Origin: a virus
Direction: 5' to 3' (one strand)
Length of the DNA stretch: 64,000 nucleotides
IMG/VR virus record: IMGVR_UViG_3300007513_000013
Coordinates: 54,472-118,471 of that record
Shown: positions 16,732-24,399 of the stretch, piece after piece
Layout: each line of letters opens with the position of its first letter
How positions within the stretch are numbered: position 1 is the first letter of the stretch
The notes under the pieces: model-generated
Databases searched by the model: none
Told to the model about the DNA's origin: nothing
The model's input: only the letters and a program-made list of their open reading frames with translations
Made by a program: the position numbers and the translations under genes

Positions 16732-19700
16732 TGGGTGGTGCTGCAGGACACATGGCACATCCTTTTGATTTGCCCGAAGTAAATACTGGAAATGATTTAA
16801 TCAATTTCTTTCAAACAGCGGTAGATCATTTACAAACAAATGCCGGTAGTGTTAAAATTGATGGAGTTAACGTAAGCTTTAAATTAATTGACGGACCTCA
16901 AGGCAAAGAATTTGCAGTTGATCGTGGAAGTACAAAACCAATTGACATTGAAGGGATAACAATAAGCAGAGTTAACGAAAGATTTCCAGAAGGTCATGGA
17001 ATGCGGCCAGCTATTACAACTCTATTGACAATCCTCAATGAGGCTCTCCCAAATATAAAACGACAATTGCAGCAATTGGGAATGTGGTATGACCCCACGA
17101 AATTCTTAAACACAGAATATGTCTTAGGACAAACAAACGTAACTGTATATGATAAAAACTTTTTAGCTATTCACGGCTTAAATCAGTTTTATGAGAAAAC
17201 CAATCAAAGAACCGGCGTTTCTAGACCGGGAACTAAAAGACCCTTAAACAATAAAGCTCCGAGTACAGAAGTAGAATATAGCGACGATCTAATGGAGTCT
17301 TTAGTTGCAGAAATTGGTAAAGTAGCTGGTAGGTATGGATTTGAAGTTTATGGATCCGTGCCAACAGAATCCATGAAGCCTGTTAATTTTTCTAGTACCT
17401 TAAGTACCCCTTTTACTGTTAATTATGGATATGAAGAAAATGGTGAGGTGTTCTCAGACACAAAAACCCTTCAAGAATGGTTGGCAGAGGCCAATAATCC
17501 CCGAGGGGCAACTGTCAATTTAGCCGATGGTAGAAAACAAGGGGCCATGAGCAAATTAGTCTACACAGAAATTTTAAATGGCACTTTAATAACTGAATTG
17601 TTGCAAATTGGTGAAGATTTTTGGCAGAACATGCAGGACGGGGGAAATATAGAAGGAACGGAAGTAGAATTAGCTGTAGATGGCGCAATATTCTACCATG
17701 CAACCAGATTGTTGGGAAATGATGTTTTAGAGACACTCACAAGCCCCATGGGAGACGTTCTAAGCCACGAAGGAGTGGTTATTAGGGGGTTATCCTCTGT
17801 GCCGGTTAAAATCACCGGAGAATTCATCGTACAAGGCCTACAAACGGCCTTTAGAGAGCAGAAAGAACTTTATGAGCAGAATATACCGTTTGCAGGCGAA
17901 AAGTCCCATATAGCCTTCATTCCGGGCGGATTTAAGCCTCCGCACAAAGGGCATCTAGAAATGGTTAAATATTACTACAATAAAGTGGGCCCAAATGGGA
18001 CAGTTGTTGTTTTAATGGGCGGTGGTGGAAAACAGCCGAGAACAATCAATGGAAAACCCATAACTTTGCAAGATTCTATGAATATATGGGAAACATATTT
18101 AAGAAATGATCCTGGAATTGATTGGCCCTCTGATAGAGTGGAGTTTCAGAGTGTTGAAGGTGTTGGTCCAATTGCGCCTATTATAGATTATATAAAAGAG
18201 AAAGCAGATCCAGAAACTGAAGTTATTCATTTGGGCGCTGGTGCGAAAGATGCTAATAGATGGAAAATGATGCTGGATAATTCCAAAAACAACCCGAGAG
18301 GAGTTGAATTACATATTGATCCTGCTCCAAATATGGTAGATTCAGAAGGAAATCCATTGAGCGCAACTGTTATGCGAAGATCTGTTGAAGAAAAAGATCT
18401 AGACACCTTTAAGAGATTTATTCCCGACACCAGCCTTCATACAGCTGAAGATTTGTTTGTTATGCTGAGCGGTGCTTTATTAACAGAAGGAAAGGAGGAT
18501 GACCCACTTCCTGTGGGTATTTTTCTGCGGTTAATTGAAGAAGAGGTAGATAAAGAAATATTAAATGAAAATTTATGGGACACTTTAGATAATTGGAGGC
18601 GCAGATACGGCCGTAAAATCCTTAATCCAATCGAAACAACGGCAGGAGTGTTGGGCGATCTTATCGGTAAACAAGAGGCCGGAAAAAAAGCAGAACACCT
18701 TACAGATAAATTAGCAGACACTATTACATCTCCATTTGATCCTTTAATTAATCCAGTGGTTGATTATCTATCTGGTCGGAGAGACATTGATCCGCCAAAA
18801 GGGCCGGGCGGAAGTACACCAGTTATAGTACCTCCATATGACCCTAGGACAGAAAAAATAAATCAACTTTTAAAACAAAGAGAAGACTGGAGTAAAAAAC
18901 TGCATTTAAAATATTTACAAGACAGAGAAGAAGCTTATTATCGAAATCCGGAAAGATGGGAAGGGAAATTACCCGAAGAAGGATATTGGGGACCTCATGA
19001 GAATAGCCCGACAAGTAAAACGACTTACGATGCGTGGTTAAAATCTGGCGCGTACAGAAAACATTTTCCAAACTTAACACGAATTAGCACTGATGACCCA
19101 AGATTAAAATGGTATTGGAAAGATATGGATCCCTCCAAATTAGAACAAGTATATGGTACTCGCGATGGACGTTGGCACGACCCACTAAAAGAGTCAAACA
19201 CACTTTCACCAGATATGTTTCTAGAATTAATTGAAGAAGCTATAGCCAGCACAGATTTATTTGGTGGCAGGAAAGACGATGCCAATATGTATCCTCAATG
19301 GAATGCTCAAGCTGCTGATGATGCAATATATGATAATGACGATACAATACCGGTAACTGAAGCTAGTGGAATGGCAGCCGGTGATGTTTCTGGTGGCGGT
19401 GTAGGAAATAGGCCTCCGGGAGCTTGTGATGATGAATACTTAATTCGTGAAGAAGACAGTGAAACACCTGAAGTTAAAAAACCTGCTGAAGTTAAAAAAC
19501 CTGCTGAAGTTAAAAAACCTGCTGAAGTTAAAAAACCTGCTGAAGTTAAAAAACCTGCTGAAGTGGCTAGCTGGCAGGATGACCCGAGCTATGAATCATC
19601 TCTCCCTCCTCAAAACAAGCAAGAAGAAACCCACGAAGACAAAATAAAGGGTATGAAGTTTTATAATAACTTAAAAGACGATACATTTAAAGAGGCTTTT

Positions 19701-20690
19701 AACAAGGCCTATAAAACATATGGCTGGAAAGGGGCTTATGTCTGGAAGAAGACATATGAAAACTTCATTAAGAAGGGAGACGGTCCGGATGATGCAGCAT
19801 ACTTTGCCAGCGATGCAGTTACTTCTTTGAAGTGGCCCGGGAAACAAAAAATCACCAAGCAGAGGGCGCGCCCGTACCACCCGCTAGAGCCCGGCTCATA
19901 CACAAAGATTTATACCGGTAAAAACCGGCCATCAGATGAAGAGATAAAAAGAGATCCAGTGAAGCCGCCGCCAAAAGGTTCACAAAAATACTCCTATACA
20001 GATCAGGGCAAACAAATAGCTAATAATGTAAGAAACGACCTGATCAAAGCATATACACAGCCATGGTCCCCGTTTGCGCAGCAAGGAATCAGAAAACATG
20101 GAAAGAAAAAGTATTTTAACGAGATCCTTCCGAAAATTACAGAAAAACTACGTGGCATCAGCTTTAATATTGAAAAAGGTAAAAAGACCGTTAGTGATCA
20201 TGCCGCGGCATATTACGCGCCCGGGACGAATAGTGTCACTCTCCCCGGACGCTTTGATGCAAGCACAGAAGAACTTGAAACACTGCTGGTACATGAAATA
20301 GGGCACTCTTTGGCGCCAGGATTTCTTACTAAACTTGGCCTAGGTGTTATTGATCCGGGTGATAACAAGCAAGATTTATTAGCGTTGATAGACAAGGAAA
20401 AAGTGCACAAAGGGTTCAGGCCCGGGCAGAAGTCGATTATGCACCGGGTTGAGTATGGCAAAGATCCGCATGGTGCGAATCCCTCGGAGATACAAACCAA
20501 CTTAGCTCATTTAAAATATTACCTTATGAAAAAGGGCCACATGGGCAATGATGGGAAAGTAACCGGAAAAGTTATTGACAAAATTCGCCAAGGAAAAATA
20601 AAAGTACCCGGTAATAATTTTGTAAAGAATATAAATTCCAAAATGGATTCGCGCGAACTAGCTCAGCGTATGAATAATATTTGGAATTAA
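16731..20690 (+). CDS. 1319-aa multidomain protein: RNA-ligase-like nucleotidyltransferase, HxGH cytidylyltransferase-like domain, and C-terminal zincin (HEIGH)
   Basis: KIDG (16854), TEYV, FLAIH, EGVVIR (17769) and VKIT match ligase motifs I/III/IIIa/IV/V; FIPGGFKPPHKGH (H at 17943) ...LSATVMR; LLVHEIGH at 20292. Confidence 0.75.
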   Translation: MGGAAGHMAHPFDLPEVNTGNDLINFFQTAVDHLQTNAGSVKIDGVNVSFKLIDGPQGKEFAVDRGSTKPIDIEGITISRVNERFPEGHGMRPAITTLLTILNEALPNIKRQLQQLGMWYDPTKFLNTEYVLGQTNVTVYDKNFLAIHGLNQFYEKTNQRTGVSRPGTKRPLNNKAPSTEVEYSDDLMESLVAEIGKVAGRYGFEVYGSVPTESMKPVNFSSTLSTPFTVNYGYEENGEVFSDTKTLQEWLAEANNPRGATVNLADGRKQGAMSKLVYTEILNGTLITELLQIGEDFWQNMQDGGNIEGTEVELAVDGAIFYHATRLLGNDVLETLTSPMGDVLSHEGVVIRGLSSVPVKITGEFIVQGLQTAFREQKELYEQNIPFAGEKSHIAFIPGGFKPPHKGHLEMVKYYYNKVGPNGTVVVLMGGGGKQPRTINGKPITLQDSMNIWETYLRNDPGIDWPSDRVEFQSVEGVGPIAPIIDYIKEKADPETEVIHLGAGAKDANRWKMMLDNSKNNPRGVELHIDPAPNMVDSEGNPLSATVMRRSVEEKDLDTFKRFIPDTSLHTAEDLFVMLSGALLTEGKEDDPLPVGIFLRLIEEEVDKEILNENLWDTLDNWRRRYGRKILNPIETTAGVLGDLIGKQEAGKKAEHLTDKLADTITSPFDPLINPVVDYLSGRRDIDPPKGPGGSTPVIVPPYDPRTEKINQLLKQREDWSKKLHLKYLQDREEAYYRNPERWEGKLPEEGYWGPHENSPTSKTTYDAWLKSGAYRKHFPNLTRISTDDPRLKWYWKDMDPSKLEQVYGTRDGRWHDPLKESNTLSPDMFLELIEEAIASTDLFGGRKDDANMYPQWNAQAADDAIYDNDDTIPVTEASGMAAGDVSGGGVGNRPPGACDDEYLIREEDSETPEVKKPAEVKKPAEVKKPAEVKKPAEVKKPAEVASWQDDPSYESSLPPQNKQEETHEDKIKGMKFYNNLKDDTFKEAFNKAYKTYGWKGAYVWKKTYENFIKKGDGPDDAAYFASDAVTSLKWPGKQKITKQRARPYHPLEPGSYTKIYTGKNRPSDEEIKRDPVKPPPKGSQKYSYTDQGKQIANNVRNDLIKAYTQPWSPFAQQGIRKHGKKKYFNEILPKITEKLRGISFNIEKGKKTVSDHAAAYYAPGTNSVTLPGRFDASTEELETLLVHEIGHSLAPGFLTKLGLGVIDPGDNKQDLLALIDKEKVHKGFRPGQKSIMHRVEYGKDPHGANPSEIQTNLAHLKYYLMKKGHMGNDGKVTGKVIDKIRQGKIKVPGNNFVKNINSKMDSRELAQRMNNIWN
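19468..19564 (+). repeat. In-frame 18-bp perfect tandem repeat CTGAAGTTAAAAAACCTG, 5 copies plus a partial sixth (encodes PAEVKK repeats)
   Basis: Units start at 19468, 19486, 19504, 19522, 19540; partial at 19558. Confidence 0.95.
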
Positions 20691-20711
20691 GTTAAATGAG
20701 AAATTTATACA

Positions 20712-20718
20712 CTATTTA
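20712..20718 (+). promoter_or_regulatory. CTATTTA, candidate phage late-promoter motif
   Basis: Intergenic, 23 nt before ATG 20742. Confidence 0.5.
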
Positions 20719-20741
20719 CTGTGTAAAGTGGAGCAAAAATA

Positions 20742-21467
20742 ATGCAAACTGAAAGAGAAGATTTTATAAATGAAATTTTGGAAGAAAGGAAGCTTAGAGA
20801 GGTGGTTCGAGCCGGTATTAAAACCATACTGGAGAGGAAAAAGAAAGTCGTTGACGAGTCGATGCAGCTTAAATCAATCATACAGCATATAATTAAAGAA
20901 GCAAAAGCTAAAAACATTGCTGTACATGATTCCACCGGGATGAATAGATTAGAAGATCTATTTAGCAACACTTCTTTTTTAGATACTCTGGAAAAAGCTT
21001 ATATGTCGTTAACTTCGGCTCCAGAACAAAGAAAGTCATTTCGTGCACATCTTTTGAATGCAGTAGAGGCGTTACTGCAAACAGATGATCTAAACAGATC
21101 TGCAGATGCAGAGGAGGCTGGTAGTAGTAGCCTTATGACTAGACCGGTGAAACCTATAGCAGAAGATATTGATGTTGATATCGATGATGACTTTAGTGAT
21201 GATGTTGAAGATGTTAACAAATCTGATGAAGAAAAGGAAGAAGAAGACTTTAGTATTCCCGGGATGGATGAAACAGGCAGAAATATCGCCTTACAAGCTT
21301 TTAATGGTCTTAAAGATTTAATTAAAAACGCTCTAAAGCCAATTGTTAATTCTGAAGATAAAGAATTGTTTATGACATATTTAATTAAAAATTTAAATTT
21401 ATATTTAGATACGTATGAAGAATCGATTACTGGTGACTTTAAAAATCAAGAACCAATGATGCCATAA
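20742..21467 (+). CDS. Acidic hypothetical protein with virion-leader-like helices (scaffold/internal-protein-like)
   Basis: FINEILEERKLREVVR, LKSIIQHIIKE, and an Asp/Glu-rich central tract. Confidence 0.75.
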   Translation: MQTEREDFINEILEERKLREVVRAGIKTILERKKKVVDESMQLKSIIQHIIKEAKAKNIAVHDSTGMNRLEDLFSNTSFLDTLEKAYMSLTSAPEQRKSFRAHLLNAVEALLQTDDLNRSADAEEAGSSSLMTRPVKPIAEDIDVDIDDDFSDDVEDVNKSDEEKEEEDFSIPGMDETGRNIALQAFNGLKDLIKNALKPIVNSEDKELFMTYLIKNLNLYLDTYEESITGDFKNQEPMMP

Positions 21468-21500
21468 AATAAAACCAACCGTCCGACCAAGGGTATCATA

Positions 21501-21516
21501 AATTTTTATAAAAATT
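21501..21516. promoter_or_regulatory. Perfect 16-bp palindrome AATTTTTATAAAAATT, possible operator
   Basis: Self-complementary, ends 5 nt before the ATG of the Fis-like HTH gene. Confidence 0.35.
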
Positions 21517-21521
21517 AAACT

Positions 21522-21878
21522 ATGAGCTGGAAAAAAAAGAAAAAATATGGAAAGAACGAGCACTATAGTCTTGTAAAAAAGCTGAAAGACGAAGAAAAGA
21601 TTAATGAAAGCTTTGAGTTAATGCTAAATGGATTATCACTGGAAGAAATCATTGGACTCAAGTTAGAATTAGCATCTAAATTCTTCGGAGGGAAATCTTA
21701 TGGCATGCCAATATGGTACTCGATGAGAGAAATTGTACAAGATGCTGTACTAAAATATGCTCTTTCAGCTTGTCGTACCAAGAAAGAGGCTGCTAGATTG
21801 TTGGGCTTAGATCCTAATAATTTCAGAAAATTAATAAAAAAATACGAAACTGAATCTTTTTTTGAAGAAAATACTTGA
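21522..21878 (+). CDS. Fis-type helix-turn-helix DNA-binding protein
   Basis: C-terminal VLKYALSACRTKKEAARLLGLDPNNFRKLIKKY matches the Fis/NtrC HTH pattern. Confidence 0.7.
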   Translation: MSWKKKKKYGKNEHYSLVKKLKDEEKINESFELMLNGLSLEEIIGLKLELASKFFGGKSYGMPIWYSMREIVQDAVLKYALSACRTKKEAARLLGLDPNNFRKLIKKYETESFFEENT

Positions 21879-21906
21879 CAAAATTAATTATAATGTTTAC
21901 TATTTA
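21875..21906 (+). promoter_or_regulatory. tmRNA promoter: TTGACA-17-TACTAT overlapping a CTATTTA motif
   Basis: TTGACA 21875-21880, TACTAT 21898-21903, CTATTTA 21900-21906; mature RNA starts at 21917. Confidence 0.65.
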
Positions 21907-21916
21907 ACGTAATTAT

Positions 21917-22347
21917 GGGGGCGAAATGGTTTCGACAGAGTAATGAGATTGTTTTGTGCAAGACTGTGTAAGTATCACAGTATAAATACTTAAACTTTAT
22001 AAATGCCAACGACAACGTTGAATTTGAATACGCACTAGCTGCGTAATCTGAAGTTACTAACGCTTTATTAACGAAGTTAGATCGGGAATACATACGATAT
22101 CGTGTATTAGTTTTCAAGGGTTCAAATAACCTAGCTCAGCTGTGGCTTAACAAGTCTTAAAAGGTCAGAAGGGCGAAAGGGTTATATAGTTACTATATAA
22201 TTTTGGTAACCAGCACCATAAGTTGGTAAAATGGATTCCCCGATGTTTCATCGGGTGGTTGGTACTTAGGTGGTTATTGTACCTATTCTTGTGAATGACA
22301 AAATAATTAATTTATTTTGGACCCGGGTTCGACTCCCGGCGCCTCCA
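21917..22347 (+). ncRNA. ssrA: tmRNA (transfer-messenger RNA), tag ANDNVEFEYALAA at 22005-22046
   Basis: 5' GGGGGCG pairs with 3' CGCCTCC-A including the G3:U wobble; GGTTTCGAC near the 5' end; T-arm CCGGGTTCGACTCCCGG; tag ORF after ATAAAT ending ALAA-stop; CCA not encoded. Confidence 0.95.
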
Positions 22348-22376
22348 CTCATATAGTAAGTTTACATCAGAGATAA

Positions 22377-22383
22377 CTACTTA
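22377..22383 (+). promoter_or_regulatory. CTACTTA, candidate phage late-promoter motif
   Basis: Intergenic, 21 nt before the tubulin ATG at 22405. Confidence 0.45.
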
Positions 22384-22404
22384 TATACAAGGAGAATTAA
22401 ATTC

Positions 22405-23496
22405 ATGAATGAAAACGAAAATGAGAACGAAGGTGGTTGGGACTTACCAGAAGCTCCCCCAGATGATTTTGATTTTGATTTTGTAGAAGCCTATGATGAT
22501 GAGCCTTCTGTAGGTGAAAAAATGCTAGCTGAAAATACAGCACCTAGCGCAATTAATTGTGCTTTTGTTGGTATTGGCGGTGGCGGTGGTAAAATAGCCA
22601 AAGCCTTTTTGGACTTAGGTTTTAATAAGACATTCCTTGTTAACACTACTGAAAAAGATCAGCCAATTGGACTAGAACCAGAAAATTTTCTTTTATTGCC
22701 TGGTGCAGATGGTGTTGGAAAAGATGTTAAGCTTGGAAAACAAATACTGCAAGATAACAGCGCTATGGTAGAAGATGCCCTCAGAACCAGATTCGGCAAA
22801 GTAGATTGGATTTTTGTTTGTGCTGGTGCTGGTGGAGGCACTGGAAGTGCTAGTTACATTTTACACAAAGCAATGACTCGATATTTATCTTCTATAGAAG
22901 CTTCAGGAAAGGTGGTTTATATAGCTAGCAAACCAACCGCGCAAGAGTTGTTAAATCCTACAATTAAATCTAATTGCGCAATGTTCTTGAAAGATATCAG
23001 CAAGCACACTCATATTATTATTGACAATGAAAAGCAATTGCAATTGCTGAGAGGTAAGGTGGGCATGTTGAATATGTATCCAGCGGCTAATAAGAACTTT
23101 GCAAAACTATTGGCACAGGTTCTTAAACTAGCTCATGAGCCTTCACCAATTCAAGTTTTTGATTCTAAAGATCTAGAAAGATGTTTACAAACAAACGGCC
23201 GTATACTTTTAGGAAGTACTGTTGTAAGAGATCCTTCCAAAACAGATTTAGGGGCAACTGTATTTCAGGGCTGTTTAAAATCTTCCCCGTGTCCTCCACC
23301 AGCTAGCAAATCTAAGACTGGTGCACTATTGTTGGTAACCACTCCAGAAATGGCAGATGATCCTTCTATAAGTAATCGATTAGAGGCAGCCTTTTCATAT
23401 GTTGGTGGTCGTTCTGAGACATTATTTTCTGGTGTTTATGTGAGAGAAAGACTACCAGGATTAATTGCCTTAACTTTATTGGGCGGAATGAGTTAA
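22405..23496 (+). CDS. Tubulin/FtsZ-family GTPase (PhuZ/TubZ-like)
   Basis: VGIGGGGGK (T1), VNT, GADGVGKD, GAGGGTGS signature, IIIDNE, YPAAN, and FDSKDL (T7-like). Confidence 0.9.
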   Translation: MNENENENEGGWDLPEAPPDDFDFDFVEAYDDEPSVGEKMLAENTAPSAINCAFVGIGGGGGKIAKAFLDLGFNKTFLVNTTEKDQPIGLEPENFLLLPGADGVGKDVKLGKQILQDNSAMVEDALRTRFGKVDWIFVCAGAGGGTGSASYILHKAMTRYLSSIEASGKVVYIASKPTAQELLNPTIKSNCAMFLKDISKHTHIIIDNEKQLQLLRGKVGMLNMYPAANKNFAKLLAQVLKLAHEPSPIQVFDSKDLERCLQTNGRILLGSTVVRDPSKTDLGATVFQGCLKSSPCPPPASKSKTGALLLVTTPEMADDPSISNRLEAAFSYVGGRSETLFSGVYVRERLPGLIALTLLGGMS

Positions 23497-23540
23497 AAAA
23501 TAGTTTAATTTCGTTTACAATATGGCTAGAGGTGGTAATA

Positions 23541-23777
23541 ATGGAAGAACAACAAACCAAAACATGGAAAACAGTTGGCACATATACTGATTATAATGAT
23601 GCAGCTGTTAAGAAGAACGAGTTGTGTGAATCTTATCAAGAGGTTAAAATAAAGCGCGGCGGAAAAGGTGGTTCTATATTTCGGGTCAAAGCCTGGAATC
23701 CCCCTCAAAAAGAAAACAAAAAGAAAGGTAAGAAAAATGTCAACAAGAAGGTTCGCAGTCGATCAGAAGGGCAATAA
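23541..23777 (+). CDS. Small basic hypothetical protein
   Basis: ORF; ATG 23541 follows SD GAGGTGG (track starts at GTG 23532). Confidence 0.7.
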   Translation: MEEQQTKTWKTVGTYTDYNDAAVKKNELCESYQEVKIKRGGKGGSIFRVKAWNPPQKENKKKGKKNVNKKVRSRSEGQ

Positions 23778-23955
23778 AGTTTATGTTGGAAGTACTGTAA
23801 GATATAAGGATGACACGCTTTTAATCGAAAATATTCAAGATCTTTCTTGGAATAAAATTCAATATCTTACACTTTCAGACCGTAAAAATAAAAATAAAAA
23901 AATCGATTTTGTTCCCTCATCAGAAGTGACTGCCAGTTATAATTCTAGAAACTAA
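23737..23955 (+). CDS. Small hypothetical protein (SH3/KOW-like beta-rich)
   Basis: In-frame ATG at 23737 (MSTRRFAVDQKGNKVYVGSTVRY); track start 23668 is probably too long. Confidence 0.6.
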   Translation: MSTRRFAVDQKGNKVYVGSTVRYKDDTLLIENIQDLSWNKIQYLTLSDRKNKNKKIDFVPSSEVTASYNSRN

Positions 23956-23963
23956 TTAGCTTT

Positions 23964-24392
23964 ATGAAAAGTATTGTAAAAGATGTTTTATATTTGCAGC
24001 AAGCATGCGAGAAAATTGATTCAGAAAAAGAGGCTAAAGAAATCGCAGATGAGCTGTTTGAAATATTAAATAAAAATAAAAATGGTGTTGGTCTCGCAGC
24101 AAACCAAATTGGAATAAACAAAGCTGTTTGTGTTGTAAATGTCTGGCGCCCTCTTTGGTTTATGAATCCTAGTTTTATATCTGCCGGTAGTGAAAAAGTC
24201 CATTTTAATGAAGGGTGTTTGTCATTTCCGGACTCTATTATAACTACAGAGAGGTACAGGCACATTTCCGTAACGGCCGATAATCACGAAAAACAACTTT
24301 ATTTTGGACCATGGAATATGTTAGAATGTGTATGTGTTCAACATGAAATATGCCACTTAAATGGTGAAACAATGTTTGATTATAAAATATGA
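23964..24392 (+). CDS. def: Peptide deformylase
   Basis: GVGLAANQIG, EGCLSFP and QHEICHLNG motifs. Confidence 0.95.
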   Translation: MKSIVKDVLYLQQACEKIDSEKEAKEIADELFEILNKNKNGVGLAANQIGINKAVCVVNVWRPLWFMNPSFISAGSEKVHFNEGCLSFPDSIITTERYRHISVTADNHEKQLYFGPWNMLECVCVQHEICHLNGETMFDYKI

Positions 24393-24399
24393 GGCATAA

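Noticed and set aside
19468-19564. Possible CRISPR array
   Set aside because: The repeats are contiguous 18-mers with no spacers and lie in frame within a CDS.
21884-22117. 77-aa minus-strand ORF in the track
   Set aside because: It is antisense to the tmRNA and its promoter; no protein-like features.
22405-23496. Evidence for a nucleus-forming (chimallin) phage
   Set aside because: A tubulin homologue alone is insufficient, and no chimallin or multi-subunit phage RNAP was recognised in this window.
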